DNA of 64,000 nt from an uncultured Chloroflexia bacterium (GCA_963819655.1 CAWFXA010000002.1:1344001-1408000); one strand, 5' to 3'; shown: positions 29,677-40,755, numbered from the stretch's first letter. Numbers and translations: made by a program. Notes: a model not told the origin generated them from the letters alone.

Positions 29677-30918
29677 CTATGGGGCAGGCGTCGGCACTGG
29701 TTGCCAGGCGGGGCTGCCCCACGCTTGAGCGGCCACATAGCGGAGGCCGGTTCCGTCCGCGTTCACGACGAGAAGCCTCGAATCGCCATCATTGCTGGTC
29801 GGATCGCCCGTCGGGATCCCGTCTCCTCCCAGGCTGGTGAATGTCAGGCTCGTGCCGTCCGGCGACCAGTCCAGGCCGGGCGCGAAGCCGAGGCAGAAGC
29901 AGCGCCCCGCCCTGGCCAACTCGCGAGGCTCAGGGGCGCTCACGTCGATGGCCATGACGCGCAGGTCCCATCCGTCTTGGCAATTCTCTGACCTAATCCC
30001 GGTGCAGATCTGGACGTCGGTCGAGCCGAGGTAGGCGATCCTCGATCCGTCGGGCGACCACGCCGGGTCCCACGCCCCGATGCCCGGCAGGGGGCCGAGG
30101 AGCTCGGTCCGGTCAGACCCGTCACGGTCGACCGTGACAAGCCGGCGACGCTGGTCGTTGGGATTTCCGCCGATGATCTGGAAGGCGATCCTGCCCCCGT
30201 CAGGCGACCAGACCGGCTGCAAAATCCCTTGCTCCTCGTGGACGCCCGTGCGGTTGCCCCCATCGGGATCTACCAGCTCGAGCCTGCCGGCCTGCGCGAC
30301 GGCGATCCGAGAGCCGTCTGGCGACCAGGCGATCGAGCAGGCGTTCGCGTCGACACCGCAAGTCACGATCTGTTGCGAGATCGCGTCGGACACGTCCATC
30401 ACCCAGACACCGCCAGTGGCAGCGTACGCCAGTCGTTGACCATCCGGCGCCCAGGCAAGATCGGTCACGACGATCGGAGCGTTAGGGTCCGTCGGCCCCT
30501 CGACGAGCACCTTCGAAATCGCCCCCGTGGTCGGATCGACCAGGACGAGCCGAGAGTCGATCACCACCGCGATGGCACCGTTGTGGGCGGGGCGAAGGCT
30601 GGCCAAGGCTGACGGGCTGGCCGAGGTCGACGGGGTCGTGTCGAGCGATGGGATCGCCGCTCCGCCCAGCCGTGGACCGATCGCGACGCCGCCGACGATC
30701 GCGATCACGGCGAGCACGGCCGCAGTCGCGGCCAGGTTTGGCAGACGTATCGTCGGTCCAAACCTCCGCGGCAGGCGTACGGTTCGCCCTTGCGGGACGG
30801 AGGGGACCGCAGCCACGACCGCCGCGAGAACCTGGCCCGGTGCACTGAGTGGACCCTCCTCGAGCCAGTCCGCGACGCGTGGATCGAAACCTGGATCGGG
30901 ATCGTTGGATCGGGTCAT
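29677..30918 (-). CDS. Putative anti-sigma factor with a TolB/PD40-like beta-propeller
   Basis: Overlaps the sigma gene (ATGA); short N-terminal domain, TM helix, repeated WSPDG. Confidence 0.8.
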   Translation of the reverse strand: MTRSNDPDPGFDPRVADWLEEGPLSAPGQVLAAVVAAVPSVPQGRTVRLPRRFGPTIRLPNLAATAAVLAVIAIVGGVAIGPRLGGAAIPSLDTTPSTSASPSALASLRPAHNGAIAVVIDSRLVLVDPTTGAISKVLVEGPTDPNAPIVVTDLAWAPDGQRLAYAATGGVWVMDVSDAISQQIVTCGVDANACSIAWSPDGSRIAVAQAGRLELVDPDGGNRTGVHEEQGILQPVWSPDGGRIAFQIIGGNPNDQRRRLVTVDRDGSDRTELLGPLPGIGAWDPAWSPDGSRIAYLGSTDVQICTGIRSENCQDGWDLRVMAIDVSAPEPRELARAGRCFCLGFAPGLDWSPDGTSLTFTSLGGDGIPTGDPTSNDGDSRLLVVNADGTGLRYVAAQAWGSPAWQPVPTPAP

Positions 30919-31469
30919 GCGGGTCGCTCCCCGGATGGCGCGAGGGAGCGTTCCCCCGCGTCCAGCACAGTCCGTAGCTGACGGATCGCGTAGTGGAGCC
31001 GGGACCTCGCGGTCCCGACGGGGATACCGAGGGTTTCCGCGATCTCCGTGAGCGGATACCCGAGGTGGTGGTGCAGCACGACGACTACCCGGTGTTCTGG
31101 CGACAACCGGCGGAAGGCTTCCTCGAGCTCGTCTCGGTCAGCGACAATGCCCGCCACGTCGGGATCGACCGGCGTGTCGAGTGGCAGCACCCGGACGCGG
31201 GCCGCCCAGCGTCGCTCGCCGCGGGCCTCTGTGTAGCAAGCGTTGACCACGAGACGGTGGAGCCAGGCGTCGAAGCGATGGTGCTCGCGAAGGTTCGGTA
31301 GGTCGCGCCATGCCCCTAGCAGCGCCTGCTGGGTCGCATCCTCGGCTCGATGTGGGTCACGCAGGATCCGGTAGGCGAGGGCATAGCAACGATCGACGCT
31401 TGCCCTGGCCAGGGATCCGAAGGCGTCCTGATCGCCCCGACTGGCCCGCTCCACGAGCTCGGCCTGCAT
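30915..31469 (-). CDS. ECF sigma factor
   Basis: AEDATQQALL.AWRDL, FDAWLHR, LGIPVGTARSRLH. Confidence 0.92.
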   Translation of the reverse strand: MQAELVERASRGDQDAFGSLARASVDRCYALAYRILRDPHRAEDATQQALLGAWRDLPNLREHHRFDAWLHRLVVNACYTEARGERRWAARVRVLPLDTPVDPDVAGIVADRDELEEAFRRLSPEHRVVVVLHHHLGYPLTEIAETLGIPVGTARSRLHYAIRQLRTVLDAGERSLAPSGERPA

Positions 31470-31580
31470 CGTGCGCTCCGGATTGGTGCGACCGATCTGG
31501 TCGCGTCACCGAGTATGGAGCCGGCCGAGGTCCAAACGTTCAGTCGTGCTTGTGTGATCCGGCTGGCCGAGGGCTGAATC

Positions 31581-31613
31581 TGGAACCTTTGCATGACGCG
31601 TGGGCCACATCAT
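31581..31613 (+). promoter_or_regulatory. ECF promoter, copy 1
   Basis: TGGAACCTTT-N14-CCACATCAT, identical boxes to 33985-34017. Confidence 0.75.
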
Positions 31614-31655
31614 TGGTAACGCGGCAGGTCGCCGCGCCGAAGTCGATGGTGAGTA

Positions 31656-32210
31656 GTGCGCGATCTCGTGATCCGGGCGCGAGAAGGCGATCGTGACGCT
31701 TTCTCCGAGCTCGCCGCGCGTTCGATCGGGCGCCTCACCGCGGTGGCGCGAATGATCCTGCGGGACGAGTACGCCGCCCAGGACGCGGTCCAGGAAGCAT
31801 TCATCGCAGCTTGGCGGGATCTACCCGGGCTTCGGGAGCCTGACCGGTTCGACGCGTGGATGCGGCGGATCCTCGTGCGGGCGTGCTTCAAGGGGACTCG
31901 GCGCAGGAAGCGCGTTGACGCTGTCGAGATCCGTCTGACCCCCGGCGACGAGCCGGCCATCGCCGGCGTCGAGGGCAACCTGGCCGTTCGTGACCAGCTG
32001 GAGCGGGGCCTCGCTCGGCTCTCGGCCGAGCAACGCGCCTCCGTGGTTCTCGTCTACTACCTCGACCTACCACTCGCCGATGCCGCGCAGGCAATGGGCG
32101 TCCCGGTCGGTACCGCGAAGTCCCGGCTCAACCGGGCGACCAGCGCGCTGCGAGCGGCCATCGAAGCCGACGATCGCGAACCAGCGCGTGTCGGGGAGCA
32201 GATCGCATGA
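31656..32210 (+). CDS. ECF sigma factor
   Basis: AQDAVQEAF.AAWRDL, FDAWMRR, MGVPVGTAKSRL. Confidence 0.92.
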   Translation: MRDLVIRAREGDRDAFSELAARSIGRLTAVARMILRDEYAAQDAVQEAFIAAWRDLPGLREPDRFDAWMRRILVRACFKGTRRRKRVDAVEIRLTPGDEPAIAGVEGNLAVRDQLERGLARLSAEQRASVVLVYYLDLPLADAAQAMGVPVGTAKSRLNRATSALRAAIEADDREPARVGEQIA

Positions 32211-33913
32211 TGAACGACAGGTTTTCCGCCCAGCTCCGACAGCACCTGCTCACGACCGCTGACGAGCGACCCGCTGACGGTCGGCTCGCAGCGATCGTCG
32301 AGGGCGTCGCCGTCACGCCGCAACGCCACCCACTCGTGGCGCGGCTTCCGTGGTTCCTGGGCCGCATCGACCCGTTCCCGTCTGCGGCGATGCGCTATGG
32401 GCTCATCGCCGTCGCCCTGATCATCGCGATCGTGGGGGCGGCCCTCGCCGTCGGCTTTGGGCCGGCTCGGCGCACGGTGTTCGAGGGGACGTGGACGTCG
32501 ATCGACCCCGCGGACGGCAGCACACAGACGCTGGTCGTCGGCGCCGGGACGCGCCCCGCGGTGCATTTCGAAGACGCGTTTGCGACCGGTGCCGCTTGCG
32601 TGGCCGACGAGGTGAAGGTCTTCACAATGGACGGGACCGGGACGATCGTCGAGGACCTCCTCCATGTCACGTGGCCGGAGGGCGGTGGATGCGGCCTCAC
32701 GAAGGTCGAAGTGGGTCCAGGGTCCTACACCCATGACCAGGCGACCGACACCCTCGTCGACGGCCTGGCGCTGACTTGGACTCGGCTCCGGGGCTCGGTC
32801 GTGCCGCCCAGCAGCACGCCGGTCACAGAGCCGTCCCTCGCGACCCGATCACCTTCACCGTCTCCGCCGCCGACGCCTCACCCTGGGGAAGCGACGTTCA
32901 CCTCGACTACCCACGGGTTCTCGATGGGTGTCCCTGAGGGCTGGCAGACCAGACTCGCCACGGAGCCGTGGACCGGGGGACAGCTGGACTTCGACTCGCC
33001 GGCGGCTGACGTCATCTTCGACCCCAGACGCGGAAACGGCCTGTATCTGCTCGTGGCCTCGCAGCCGTTCGTCGATATGAGCGAGGACGCCTGGAGGGCC
33101 TCGGTCCTCCAGTGGACCTGCCGCGGCCATCGCGGCGGTGAGATGTGGAGCTGGAGTGTCGACGGGGCCTACTCGTATCAGCAAGGTCCCTGCAACAGTG
33201 GCTCCATCATCGCAACGGACACACGCGGCTACCTCATCCGAATGGTCGCGTCGAGCGACGAGCCGGGACTCGCCGATACCTACGACTGGGACTGGCTCAA
33301 GTCGGTACTGGAAACGGTCGACCTGCGCCCGGAGGACGCGTTCGACCCACCCAGCGCGGGGGCACCGGTCCCACAGTGCGCCGACATCGCGGCCGGCGCC
33401 ACGTACATCAATCGGTTCGGGACTCCGAAACTCCGGGCGACGGTCCCGGTCGGAGCGCAGAGCTTGTGGCAGGGCTACCGGGACGAATTCATGTTGGGCA
33501 AAACGTGCCCGTTCGGAGACCTGCTCACGATCGACGCATCGATCGTGGACGCCGTCATCAACCACGCGTGCGACCCGTGGATGAGATCACCGGTGGGTTT
33601 CGGGACGCTGGCAGAGGCCGCGGAGGCGATCGTCGCCCAGCCGGGCCACCGGACGTCCGAACCGACCGAGGTCACGATCGCCGGCAACGCCGCGCTCCGA
33701 CTCGAGATCTCGACTGAAGGCAGCACCTGCACCAACGGGATCGGCCTGTGGTACGGCAATGAGTTCGGCCTCGATCGGGACGCGATCGTCTACCTGGTCG
33801 ACGTGGACGGGGTAACGCTCGCGATCGCGGTCTGGTACGTCCGATCCGCGACGACGCCGCCCCAGCTCGCCGAGGCGGAAGCGATCGTCGCCTCGATCCA
33901 GATCGAACGCTGA
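32207..33913 (+). CDS. Putative anti-sigma factor with a large Cys-containing extracellular region
   Basis: ATGA overlap with the sigma gene; TM helix; several extracellular domains separated by Pro/Ser linkers. Confidence 0.7.
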   Translation: MMNDRFSAQLRQHLLTTADERPADGRLAAIVEGVAVTPQRHPLVARLPWFLGRIDPFPSAAMRYGLIAVALIIAIVGAALAVGFGPARRTVFEGTWTSIDPADGSTQTLVVGAGTRPAVHFEDAFATGAACVADEVKVFTMDGTGTIVEDLLHVTWPEGGGCGLTKVEVGPGSYTHDQATDTLVDGLALTWTRLRGSVVPPSSTPVTEPSLATRSPSPSPPPTPHPGEATFTSTTHGFSMGVPEGWQTRLATEPWTGGQLDFDSPAADVIFDPRRGNGLYLLVASQPFVDMSEDAWRASVLQWTCRGHRGGEMWSWSVDGAYSYQQGPCNSGSIIATDTRGYLIRMVASSDEPGLADTYDWDWLKSVLETVDLRPEDAFDPPSAGAPVPQCADIAAGATYINRFGTPKLRATVPVGAQSLWQGYRDEFMLGKTCPFGDLLTIDASIVDAVINHACDPWMRSPVGFGTLAEAAEAIVAQPGHRTSEPTEVTIAGNAALRLEISTEGSTCTNGIGLWYGNEFGLDRDAIVYLVDVDGVTLAIAVWYVRSATTPPQLAEAEAIVASIQIER

Positions 33914-33984
33914 GTCGAAAGCGCGATGCTCCCAGTCGGTGCGGTGAAACACGAGATCTGACACCGCCTCGGCGACGACAAGGA

Positions 33985-34017
33985 TGGAACCTTTCGACGC
34001 CATTCTTTCCACATCAT
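33985..34017 (+). promoter_or_regulatory. ECF promoter, copy 2
   Basis: TGGAACCTTT-N14-CCACATCAT. Confidence 0.75.
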
Positions 34018-34035
34018 GAGTAACCGATAGGAGGG

Positions 34036-34608
34036 ATGAGCATGCGAACGATCGTCGCCGCCCTGTTTGGCACGCTCCTCGTCGCCGGCTGCGCCGGCGC
34101 GACGGGCAGTGCCGCGCCAGCCGCCTCAGCTCCGGCACCGAGCACCCCAGCGTCAGTCGATCCGTCGCCGGCGGCATCGGTGGCGTCCCCGGGCGCCACG
34201 CCGAGCGCGAGCGGCGCGTTCGGCGGCATCGTGCACTACCAGCTCGACGGAGCCGCCGCCACGACGGAGGTCGACCTCGTCGCGGATGGCGCGACCGTGT
34301 CCGGCACGGCCGTCACGACGTTCCGCGGAAGCACCCACACGGTCCGGCTCGGGTGCGCCACTCGGAACGGCGATACATGGGCCCTCGGCGGCACGATAGA
34401 GCAGACCACGGTTTCCGGCGAGCGTGCCGGCGACTGGTCGGCGGTCATCGTCAAGGACGGCTCGCCCCAGCAGATCGGGATCTGGCTCTCCGCCCCCCCG
34501 TCGGCCGGTAGCGACTGCGATGCCTTCCTGGCATCGACCGATTTCGCCAACATCGGTCTTGAGAACTTCAACCCCGTGGAGTCCGGCGCGCTGGTGCCCC
34601 CCGCCTGA
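34036..34608 (+). CDS. Hypothetical lipoprotein
   Basis: GGAGG RBS, lipobox LVAGC, Ala/Pro/Ser linker. Confidence 0.8.
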   Translation: MSMRTIVAALFGTLLVAGCAGATGSAAPAASAPAPSTPASVDPSPAASVASPGATPSASGAFGGIVHYQLDGAAATTEVDLVADGATVSGTAVTTFRGSTHTVRLGCATRNGDTWALGGTIEQTTVSGERAGDWSAVIVKDGSPQQIGIWLSAPPSAGSDCDAFLASTDFANIGLENFNPVESGALVPPA

Positions 34609-34676
34609 TCCGGCGCCCTGAGCGCGAGCCTGAACCGAACGCCTGGCGGCGTACGAAGAGAGTCGCCGGCCCGGTC

Positions 34677-34748
34677 GGCCGCGGTCCGGCTGAGCGCCCG
34701 ACCGGCACGATGCTGGCACGTCTCGAACGACTCAGCGTTGCCGAGCCC
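34677..34748 (-). pseudogene. rtcB: Isolated rtcB fragment (HGAGR motif region)
   Basis: GLGNAESFETCQHRAGRALSRTAA resembles RtcB GLGNxESFxSCxHGAGRxLSRxxA. Confidence 0.7.
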
Positions 34749-34761
34749 CTGAGGGCGCGAC

Positions 34762-35295
34762 CTAACCTTCCCACTCGTCGACTTTGGGGCGGGTCCGCAG
34801 GTCGACGAGCTCCGACACCCAGTCGCGAAGCCGGAGGAGATGCTCGCCGTAATGTTCGGCGCCGGCCTTTCGGATCCACTGGTTCGCCGCCTCGTCGGGT
34901 CCGCGCAGGCCGGACCACGCCTCGAGCATCCAGGCCCTGGCTGCGTTGGCGTCAGCCCAAACACTCTCCCAGGGCTCGGCCTTCGTGGCGGCGAGGATCG
35001 CAGCGTTCCGTCCCTCGACGTCGATCTCGTGAGGCACGTATGAACGGGCAGCGATGTCGAGGAGCTGGGTCCGTGCCTCGGCCATCCACGCCCCGAGATG
35101 GGCGACCAGGTCCTTCACGCTCCAGTCAGGGTCACGGTAGTAACCCGGTGCGAGCCGCTCGTCGTCGCTGAGCAAGTCCACGAATGCGGTGATCGCCTTC
35201 CATCGCGAATGCGCGAGCTCGACCTCCGCGGCATAGGCTTCCTCGAGGCGCCACGGCAAGTTCTGTGCCGTCGGTTCATTGAGTTCGTTCAACAT
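34762..35295 (-). CDS. DinB/MDMPI-like four-helix protein
   Basis: WSVKDLVAHLGAW, EHYGEH. Confidence 0.8.
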   Translation of the reverse strand: MLNELNEPTAQNLPWRLEEAYAAEVELAHSRWKAITAFVDLLSDDERLAPGYYRDPDWSVKDLVAHLGAWMAEARTQLLDIAARSYVPHEIDVEGRNAAILAATKAEPWESVWADANAARAWMLEAWSGLRGPDEAANQWIRKAGAEHYGEHLLRLRDWVSELVDLRTRPKVDEWEG

Positions 35296-35313
35296 CGGAA
35301 ACCTCCCCTCCTC

Positions 35314-35748
35314 CTAGCGGTTGATCACTGCGCTCGTCCACGCATCGACGGTGTCCAGTGCCGCTGCCAGATCGGCGTCGAGCCCGTATCGACGGGCGAC
35401 ATCGGCCGGTGACGGGTAGCTGACCTTCGTCTGGTAGCCGTCCTCCCAGACGATCACTCGCAGCGGCAAGTCGAGTGCGGCCAGCGGCGCGGCGTCGATC
35501 ACCGGCGTCGTGCTCGACGGGCTGCCGACGATGAACAGCTTCGTGTCGCGCAAGGCGAGCCCGATGCGCCGTGCCTCGTCGCTGTGGTCGATCACCGCGA
35601 AGACCTTCAGTCCTCGCGCTGCCACGACTGCGGAGAGCCGAGCCACCGTCTCGGCCATCGACCACGGACTCACCTTCGTGACGACGATCTGGTCATCGCC
35701 GCTGCGCGGATCCGACCCGTGGCGGTGCGCTGATGGTTCGCTCGGCAT
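35314..35748 (-). CDS. DUF302 domain protein
   Basis: VFAVIDHS, ALDLPLRVIVWED. Confidence 0.88.
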   Translation of the reverse strand: MPSEPSAHRHGSDPRSGDDQIVVTKVSPWSMAETVARLSAVVAARGLKVFAVIDHSDEARRIGLALRDTKLFIVGSPSSTTPVIDAAPLAALDLPLRVIVWEDGYQTKVSYPSPADVARRYGLDADLAAALDTVDAWTSAVINR

Positions 35749-35914
35749 CGGGACTCCTGGATCGGATGGAGATCGCCATCGTTTCGCGCCGGCCGATCCG
35801 CCGTCTTGCGTCAGATGACTCCAAACGCAGCGGCGCAAGGTCTTGCCCCGCCACGTGCCGGCGGTTGACAATGCGGTCGGACAGAGCAAGGTGCCCACGC
35901 TCGCGTACCGCCCC

Positions 35915-38877
35915 ATGATCGACCCCCATTCCCCCCTGAACGACGAACGGCAAGTCGACCGTCGCCGGCCCGGCAACCTGGTCGGGCGCGAGACGGAGAT
36001 GGACCGCATCCAGGCGTTCCTCGCCACGGCCCGGACCGATGGCGGCGCCCTGCTGGTCACCGGCGAGCCAGGGATCGGAAAGACCGAGCTCCTCGATGCC
36101 GCCGCGGAGGTCGCTGCGGCGGCAGACACCCGGATCCTCCATGCGGCCGGCGTCGAGTTCGAGGCCGGGATGAGCTTCTCCGGTCTGAACCAGGTCCTAC
36201 TCCCGCTCCTGGACGTGTTGCCGCAGCTTCCGGCCGTCCATCGAGACGCGCTCAACGTCGCACTCGGCTTCGGCGAGGGCGTCGCCCCCGAGCCGGCTCG
36301 TCGTGTCGAATGCGGCGCTCTTGCTGCTGCGCGATGGCAGCGACCGATCGACCGTTGCTCGTCATCCTCGACGACCTGCCCTGGCTGGACCGAGCGAGCG
36401 CCGGCGTGCTGAGCTTCGTCGCGCGGCGCCTCGAGGGCAGCCAGGTCGGCGCTGATCGGGGCGTCGCGGACCGGAGAGGAAGACTTCTTCGATCACGGCG
36501 GCTTGCCCGAGCTCGAGGTCGAGCCGCTCGTTGACGGCTCGTCACGGCAACTGCTCCAGACACGCGCTTCGCCGACCTCGTGCCTCCCGTTCGCGAGCGC
36601 ATCCTTGAGGAGGCACAGGGGAACCCGCTCGCGCTGTTGGAGCTTCCCCTTGCGCTCGGGCCGTCCATCCGTGCGTCCGCCGACGGCGCTGCCGTCGACG
36701 CTCCCGCTCGGTCGACGGCTCCAGGCGCTGTTCGGATCGCGGATCACCGGGCCTCCCGCCCCGGACACGGCAGCTCCTGCTGCTCATGGCGCTCGATGGC
36801 ACCGGCGACGTGCGCGTTCTGGAGGTGGGATCGGCCCCGAACGCCGGCTATCGCGATCTCGCCGCGGCAGAGCAGGCACGACTCGCCTACCTGGACGAGG
36901 CGACGCACCGGCTCGCGTTCCGCCACCCGCTCATCCGCTCGGCCGTCGTCGACCTCTCGCAGGCCGAGGAACGTCGAACCGCGCATCGCGCCCTGGCCGA
37001 CGTGTGGGCGGACCAGCCAGACCGCCGGGCGTGGCATCTCGCCGAGGCGACCGTCGAGCCGGACGAGTCGGTGGCGGCGCAGCTCGAGGCGTACGGCGGC
37101 GCGGATCCTCGCCCGAGGTGACGCCGTCGGTTGCGTCAAGGCGCTGACTCGATCGGCTGATCTCAGTCCACGGAGCGCGGATCGTCATCGGCGACTGGCT
37201 GCGGCCGCCTACATCGGCGCCGACGTGGCCGGTGATCTCGGCAACGCCTCGCAGGTGCTCGCAGAGCTCCGGCGCGGGGACACCGAGGTCGAGGGATCCC
37301 TGCAAGCGGCCATCGCCGCGTCTGCGTTCCTGCTGTAGGCCGACGGGGATATCGCGACCGCCCATCGTCTGCTGGTCGGTGCGACTCGAGAGCCGTCAGG
37401 GCGCCCTGACGCCCGCGATCCCGTCCTTGCCGAGGCGCTCCACTCGCTGATGATGGTGTGCTCGCTACGGCGGGGAGGAGGACCTTTGGCGGTCGTTCGA
37501 GGATGCGATGGCGCGCAGCCGATGGGATCCCCATCGCCCTCGATCTGAACAGCAAGATCTTCGCGGATCCCGCGCGTGCGGGGGCTACGGCGCTCGAGGC
37601 ACTCGACTCGGCGATCGCCGCGCTCGCTGACGAGTCGGACCCGGCCCAGATCATCCGGATCGGGATGTCGGCCTCCTACGTCGACCGGCTCGAAGGATGT
37701 CGAGACGCCCTGTGGCGCGTCGTCCGCGACGCGCGTGAAGGCGGCGCGGTCGCGTCGGGCATCACCGCCATGATCGAGCTAGCGTTGACGACCTCTAGGC
37801 GGGTCGCTGGGATGAGGCCGAGCGACTGGTTGACGAAGCGATCCAGGTCTGCGAGGCCCACGGATACGATGCCTTGATATGGCCGTGCCGGTTCTGTCCA
37901 AGCCATTATCGCGGCTGGACGGGGCGACGCTACAACGGGCCGCGGAGCTATCCGGACGAGCTCGTCCAGTGGGCCGGACCACGGGGGATCCGTGCAGGTC
38001 AATCGTGGGCCTGGCAGGTGCGTGGGCTGGCCGCGCTCGGGCAGAGGTGATTTCGAGGAGGCCTACCAGCAGGCGAGCAGAATCAGCCCACCTGGGCCTT
38101 CTCGCGCCGCACACGCCGCATGCCCTCAGGGTGCTCATGGACCTGGTCGAGACGGCAGTTCGCACCGGTCGTGATGCCGAGGCGGCGGCGCACGTCGCCG
38201 CGATGCGAGAGGCAAACCTCGCCGGATTGTCGTCGCGCCTCGCGCTCGTGGTCGGCGGATCGACCGCGATGGCGGCACCCGATGACACGGCGTTGGAGCT
38301 GTTCCAGGTGACCCTGGCGCTCCCGGGGATCGAGCGGTGGCAGTTCGACCACGCTCGAGTGCGGCTTGCCTACGGCGAACGCCTGCGGCGCAGCCGGGCG
38401 ATGATCGAGGCACGGGAACAGCTCAACGCCGCGCTCGCGATCTTCGAGCGCCTCGGCGCCCGACCCTGGGTGGACCGCACGACCGCCGAGCTGCGCGCGA
38501 CGGGACAGACCAAGCCGCGTGCCGGTGACAACGTCCTGGACCGGCTCACGCCCCAGGAGTTCGAGATCGTGACCCTCGCGGCGTCGGGCATGACCAACAA
38601 GCAGATCGCGGAACGGCTGTTCCTGTCGCATCGGACCGTCGGCGGTCACCTCCACCGAGCCTTCCCCAAGCTCGGTGTCTCGACCCGAGCGGCCCTCCGC
38701 GATGCGCTGGAGTCCCTCCCGCACGGAGCAACACCCGCTCAACTACCGATCCTCCCCGGTCGGCGCCCGCTAGTCGAATCGTCCGCGCGAGGCCGAATCG
38801 GGTCATTTGACCGAAGAGCGCCCTCCGACGTTGCCCCGACCATCGACCTACTCGCGGTAGCAACAGGAAGGACGTGA
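35915..38877 (+). pseudogene. AAA-ATPase/LuxR (LAL/MalT-like) regulator, heavily disrupted
   Basis: LVGRETE, GEPGIGKT, LDDLPW, GNPLALLEL, FRHPLIRS, LTPQE..GMTNKQIAERLFLSHRTV, spread over many frames with an in-frame TAG at 37336. Confidence 0.75.
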
Positions 38878-38881
38878 CCTC

Positions 38882-39679
38882 ATGAAGATCGTCGTCATCG
38901 GCGGCACCGGGCTGATCGGCTCGAAGGTCGTCGCGGTGCTCACCGAGCACGGCCACGAGGCCGTCCCGGCCTCACCACGCCTCGGCATCAACACGATCAC
39001 CGGCGAAGGACTCGCCGAGGCCCTCGACGGCGCATCGGTCGTGGTCGATGTGTCGAACTCACCGAATTTCGAGTACGCGACCGCGCTCGACTTCTTCGCG
39101 ACCTCGACCCAGCACCTGCTGATGGCCGAGGCGGCTGCGGGGGTCGGGCATCACGTCGCGTTGTCGGTCGTCGGGACGAAGGCGCTGTCCGAGGGAGGCG
39201 ACCTCACGAAGACGACCGCCGGGTACTTCCTGGCGAAGCTCGTCGAGGAGGCGCTGATCCGGACGTCGTCGATCCCGTACTCGATCGTCCACGCGACCCA
39301 GTTCTTCGAGTTCATCAAGAGCATCGCCGACAGCGCCACCGACGGCAGCACGGTCCGGTTGCCGCCGGTCGCGTTCCAGCCGATGGCGGCCGCCGACGTC
39401 GCCAAGGCCGTCGGCCGGGTCGCGGACGGGTCGCCGGTCAACGGCATCGTCGAGGTCGGCGGTCCGGAGACGTTCCCGTTCGACGAGGCCGTCCGGCGTG
39501 CCCTCGCGGCGACGAACGACCCGCGGACGGTCACCGCCGACCCGTCTGCGACGTACTTCGGCATCGCCGTGGACGAGCGCTCGCTCGTGCCCGGGGACGG
39601 GGCGATGGTCGGCGAGATCCGTCTCGACGACTGGCTCCGCGAGAACGCCGCCGTTCCGGCGGCGGCCGCCGCCAGGTAG
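38882..39679 (+). CDS. NmrA-like/atypical SDR NAD(P)H-binding protein
   Basis: IGGTGLIG, HHVALSVVG, ATQFFEF. Confidence 0.9.
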   Translation: MKIVVIGGTGLIGSKVVAVLTEHGHEAVPASPRLGINTITGEGLAEALDGASVVVDVSNSPNFEYATALDFFATSTQHLLMAEAAAGVGHHVALSVVGTKALSEGGDLTKTTAGYFLAKLVEEALIRTSSIPYSIVHATQFFEFIKSIADSATDGSTVRLPPVAFQPMAAADVAKAVGRVADGSPVNGIVEVGGPETFPFDEAVRRALAATNDPRTVTADPSATYFGIAVDERSLVPGDGAMVGEIRLDDWLRENAAVPAAAAAR

Positions 39680-39745
39680 GCGTGGGCCGGTCGGTCTTCT
39701 GGCACCAGCCAGTGAACCAAGGAAGAACGAGAAAGGACGTACAAC

Positions 39746-40626
39746 ATGAGCACCACCACTGAGCGGGCGGGAGCGCCCGAGGCGGCCGATCGATCACCGA
39801 ACGCGAGCGCGAGCAGGTCGAGCGTGCGAACGCGACCACGGCGACGCCGGTGGTCTTCATCCACGGGCTGTGGCTGTTGCCCTCGAGCTGGGACAAATGG
39901 GTCGCGCTCTTCGAGGAGGCCGGGTACGTCGCGCTGACGCCAGACTGGCCCGATGATCCCGAAACGGTTGAGGAAGCCCGGGCGGAGCCCGAGGTCCTCG
40001 CCAAGAAGACCCTGAAGCAGGTCGCCGATCACACGACCGAGGTCATCTCTGGCCTGAAGAAGAAGCCAGTGATCATGGGGCACTCCACTGGCGGTCTGCT
40101 CGCGGAGATGCTCGCGGGGCAGGGCCTCTCGGCGGTCACCGTGGCGATCGATCCCGGAGTCTTCCGCGGCGTCCTGCCACTGCCGCTGTCGGTGCTGAGG
40201 TCCGCAGGCCCGTTCCTGATCAACCCGCGCAATCGCGGCCGCGCGCTCACGCTCACGTTCGACCAGTTCCGATACGCCTGGACGAACAACCTGGACGAGG
40301 ACGAGGCGATGGAGCTCTACGACAAGTTCCATGTCGCCGCCTCGGGGATATCGCTCGCGCAGATGGGCAATGCGAACCTCAACCCATGGACCGAAGCGAA
40401 GGTGGACACGAAGAACCCGGACCGCGGCCCCTTGCTGATCATCGAGGGCGAGAAGGACCACACGGTGCCGTGGGCGATCGCGGACGCTGCCTACAAGCGG
40501 CAGAAGCGCAACCCCGGCGTGACGGAGATCGTGAAGATCCCGAACCGAGGCCACTCCCTCACGATCGACCACGGCTGGCGCGAGGTCGCCCAGACCGCGC
40601 TCGATTTCGTCAAGAGGTTCGCGTAG
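39746..40626 (+). CDS. Alpha/beta hydrolase (frameshift near the 5' end)
   Basis: VFIHGLWL, GHSTGG, GEKDHTVP, RGHSL. Confidence 0.85.
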
Positions 40627-40712
40627 CGATCGCTCCGTCGACCCTCAAGGAGCGGGCCACGCAACGACCGTAGGCTAGCGCTAGCCGGCTCAGGCCAGAG
40701 GTCGAGCCAGTT

Positions 40713-40755
40713 GACGGAACCAGCGAGGTCGATGCCTCGCTGGTTCCGTCGTTTC
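40713..40755 (+). terminator. Intrinsic terminator-like hairpin
   Basis: 16 bp stem GACGGAACCAGCGAGG/CCTCGCTGGTTCCGTC followed by GTTTC. Confidence 0.65.
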
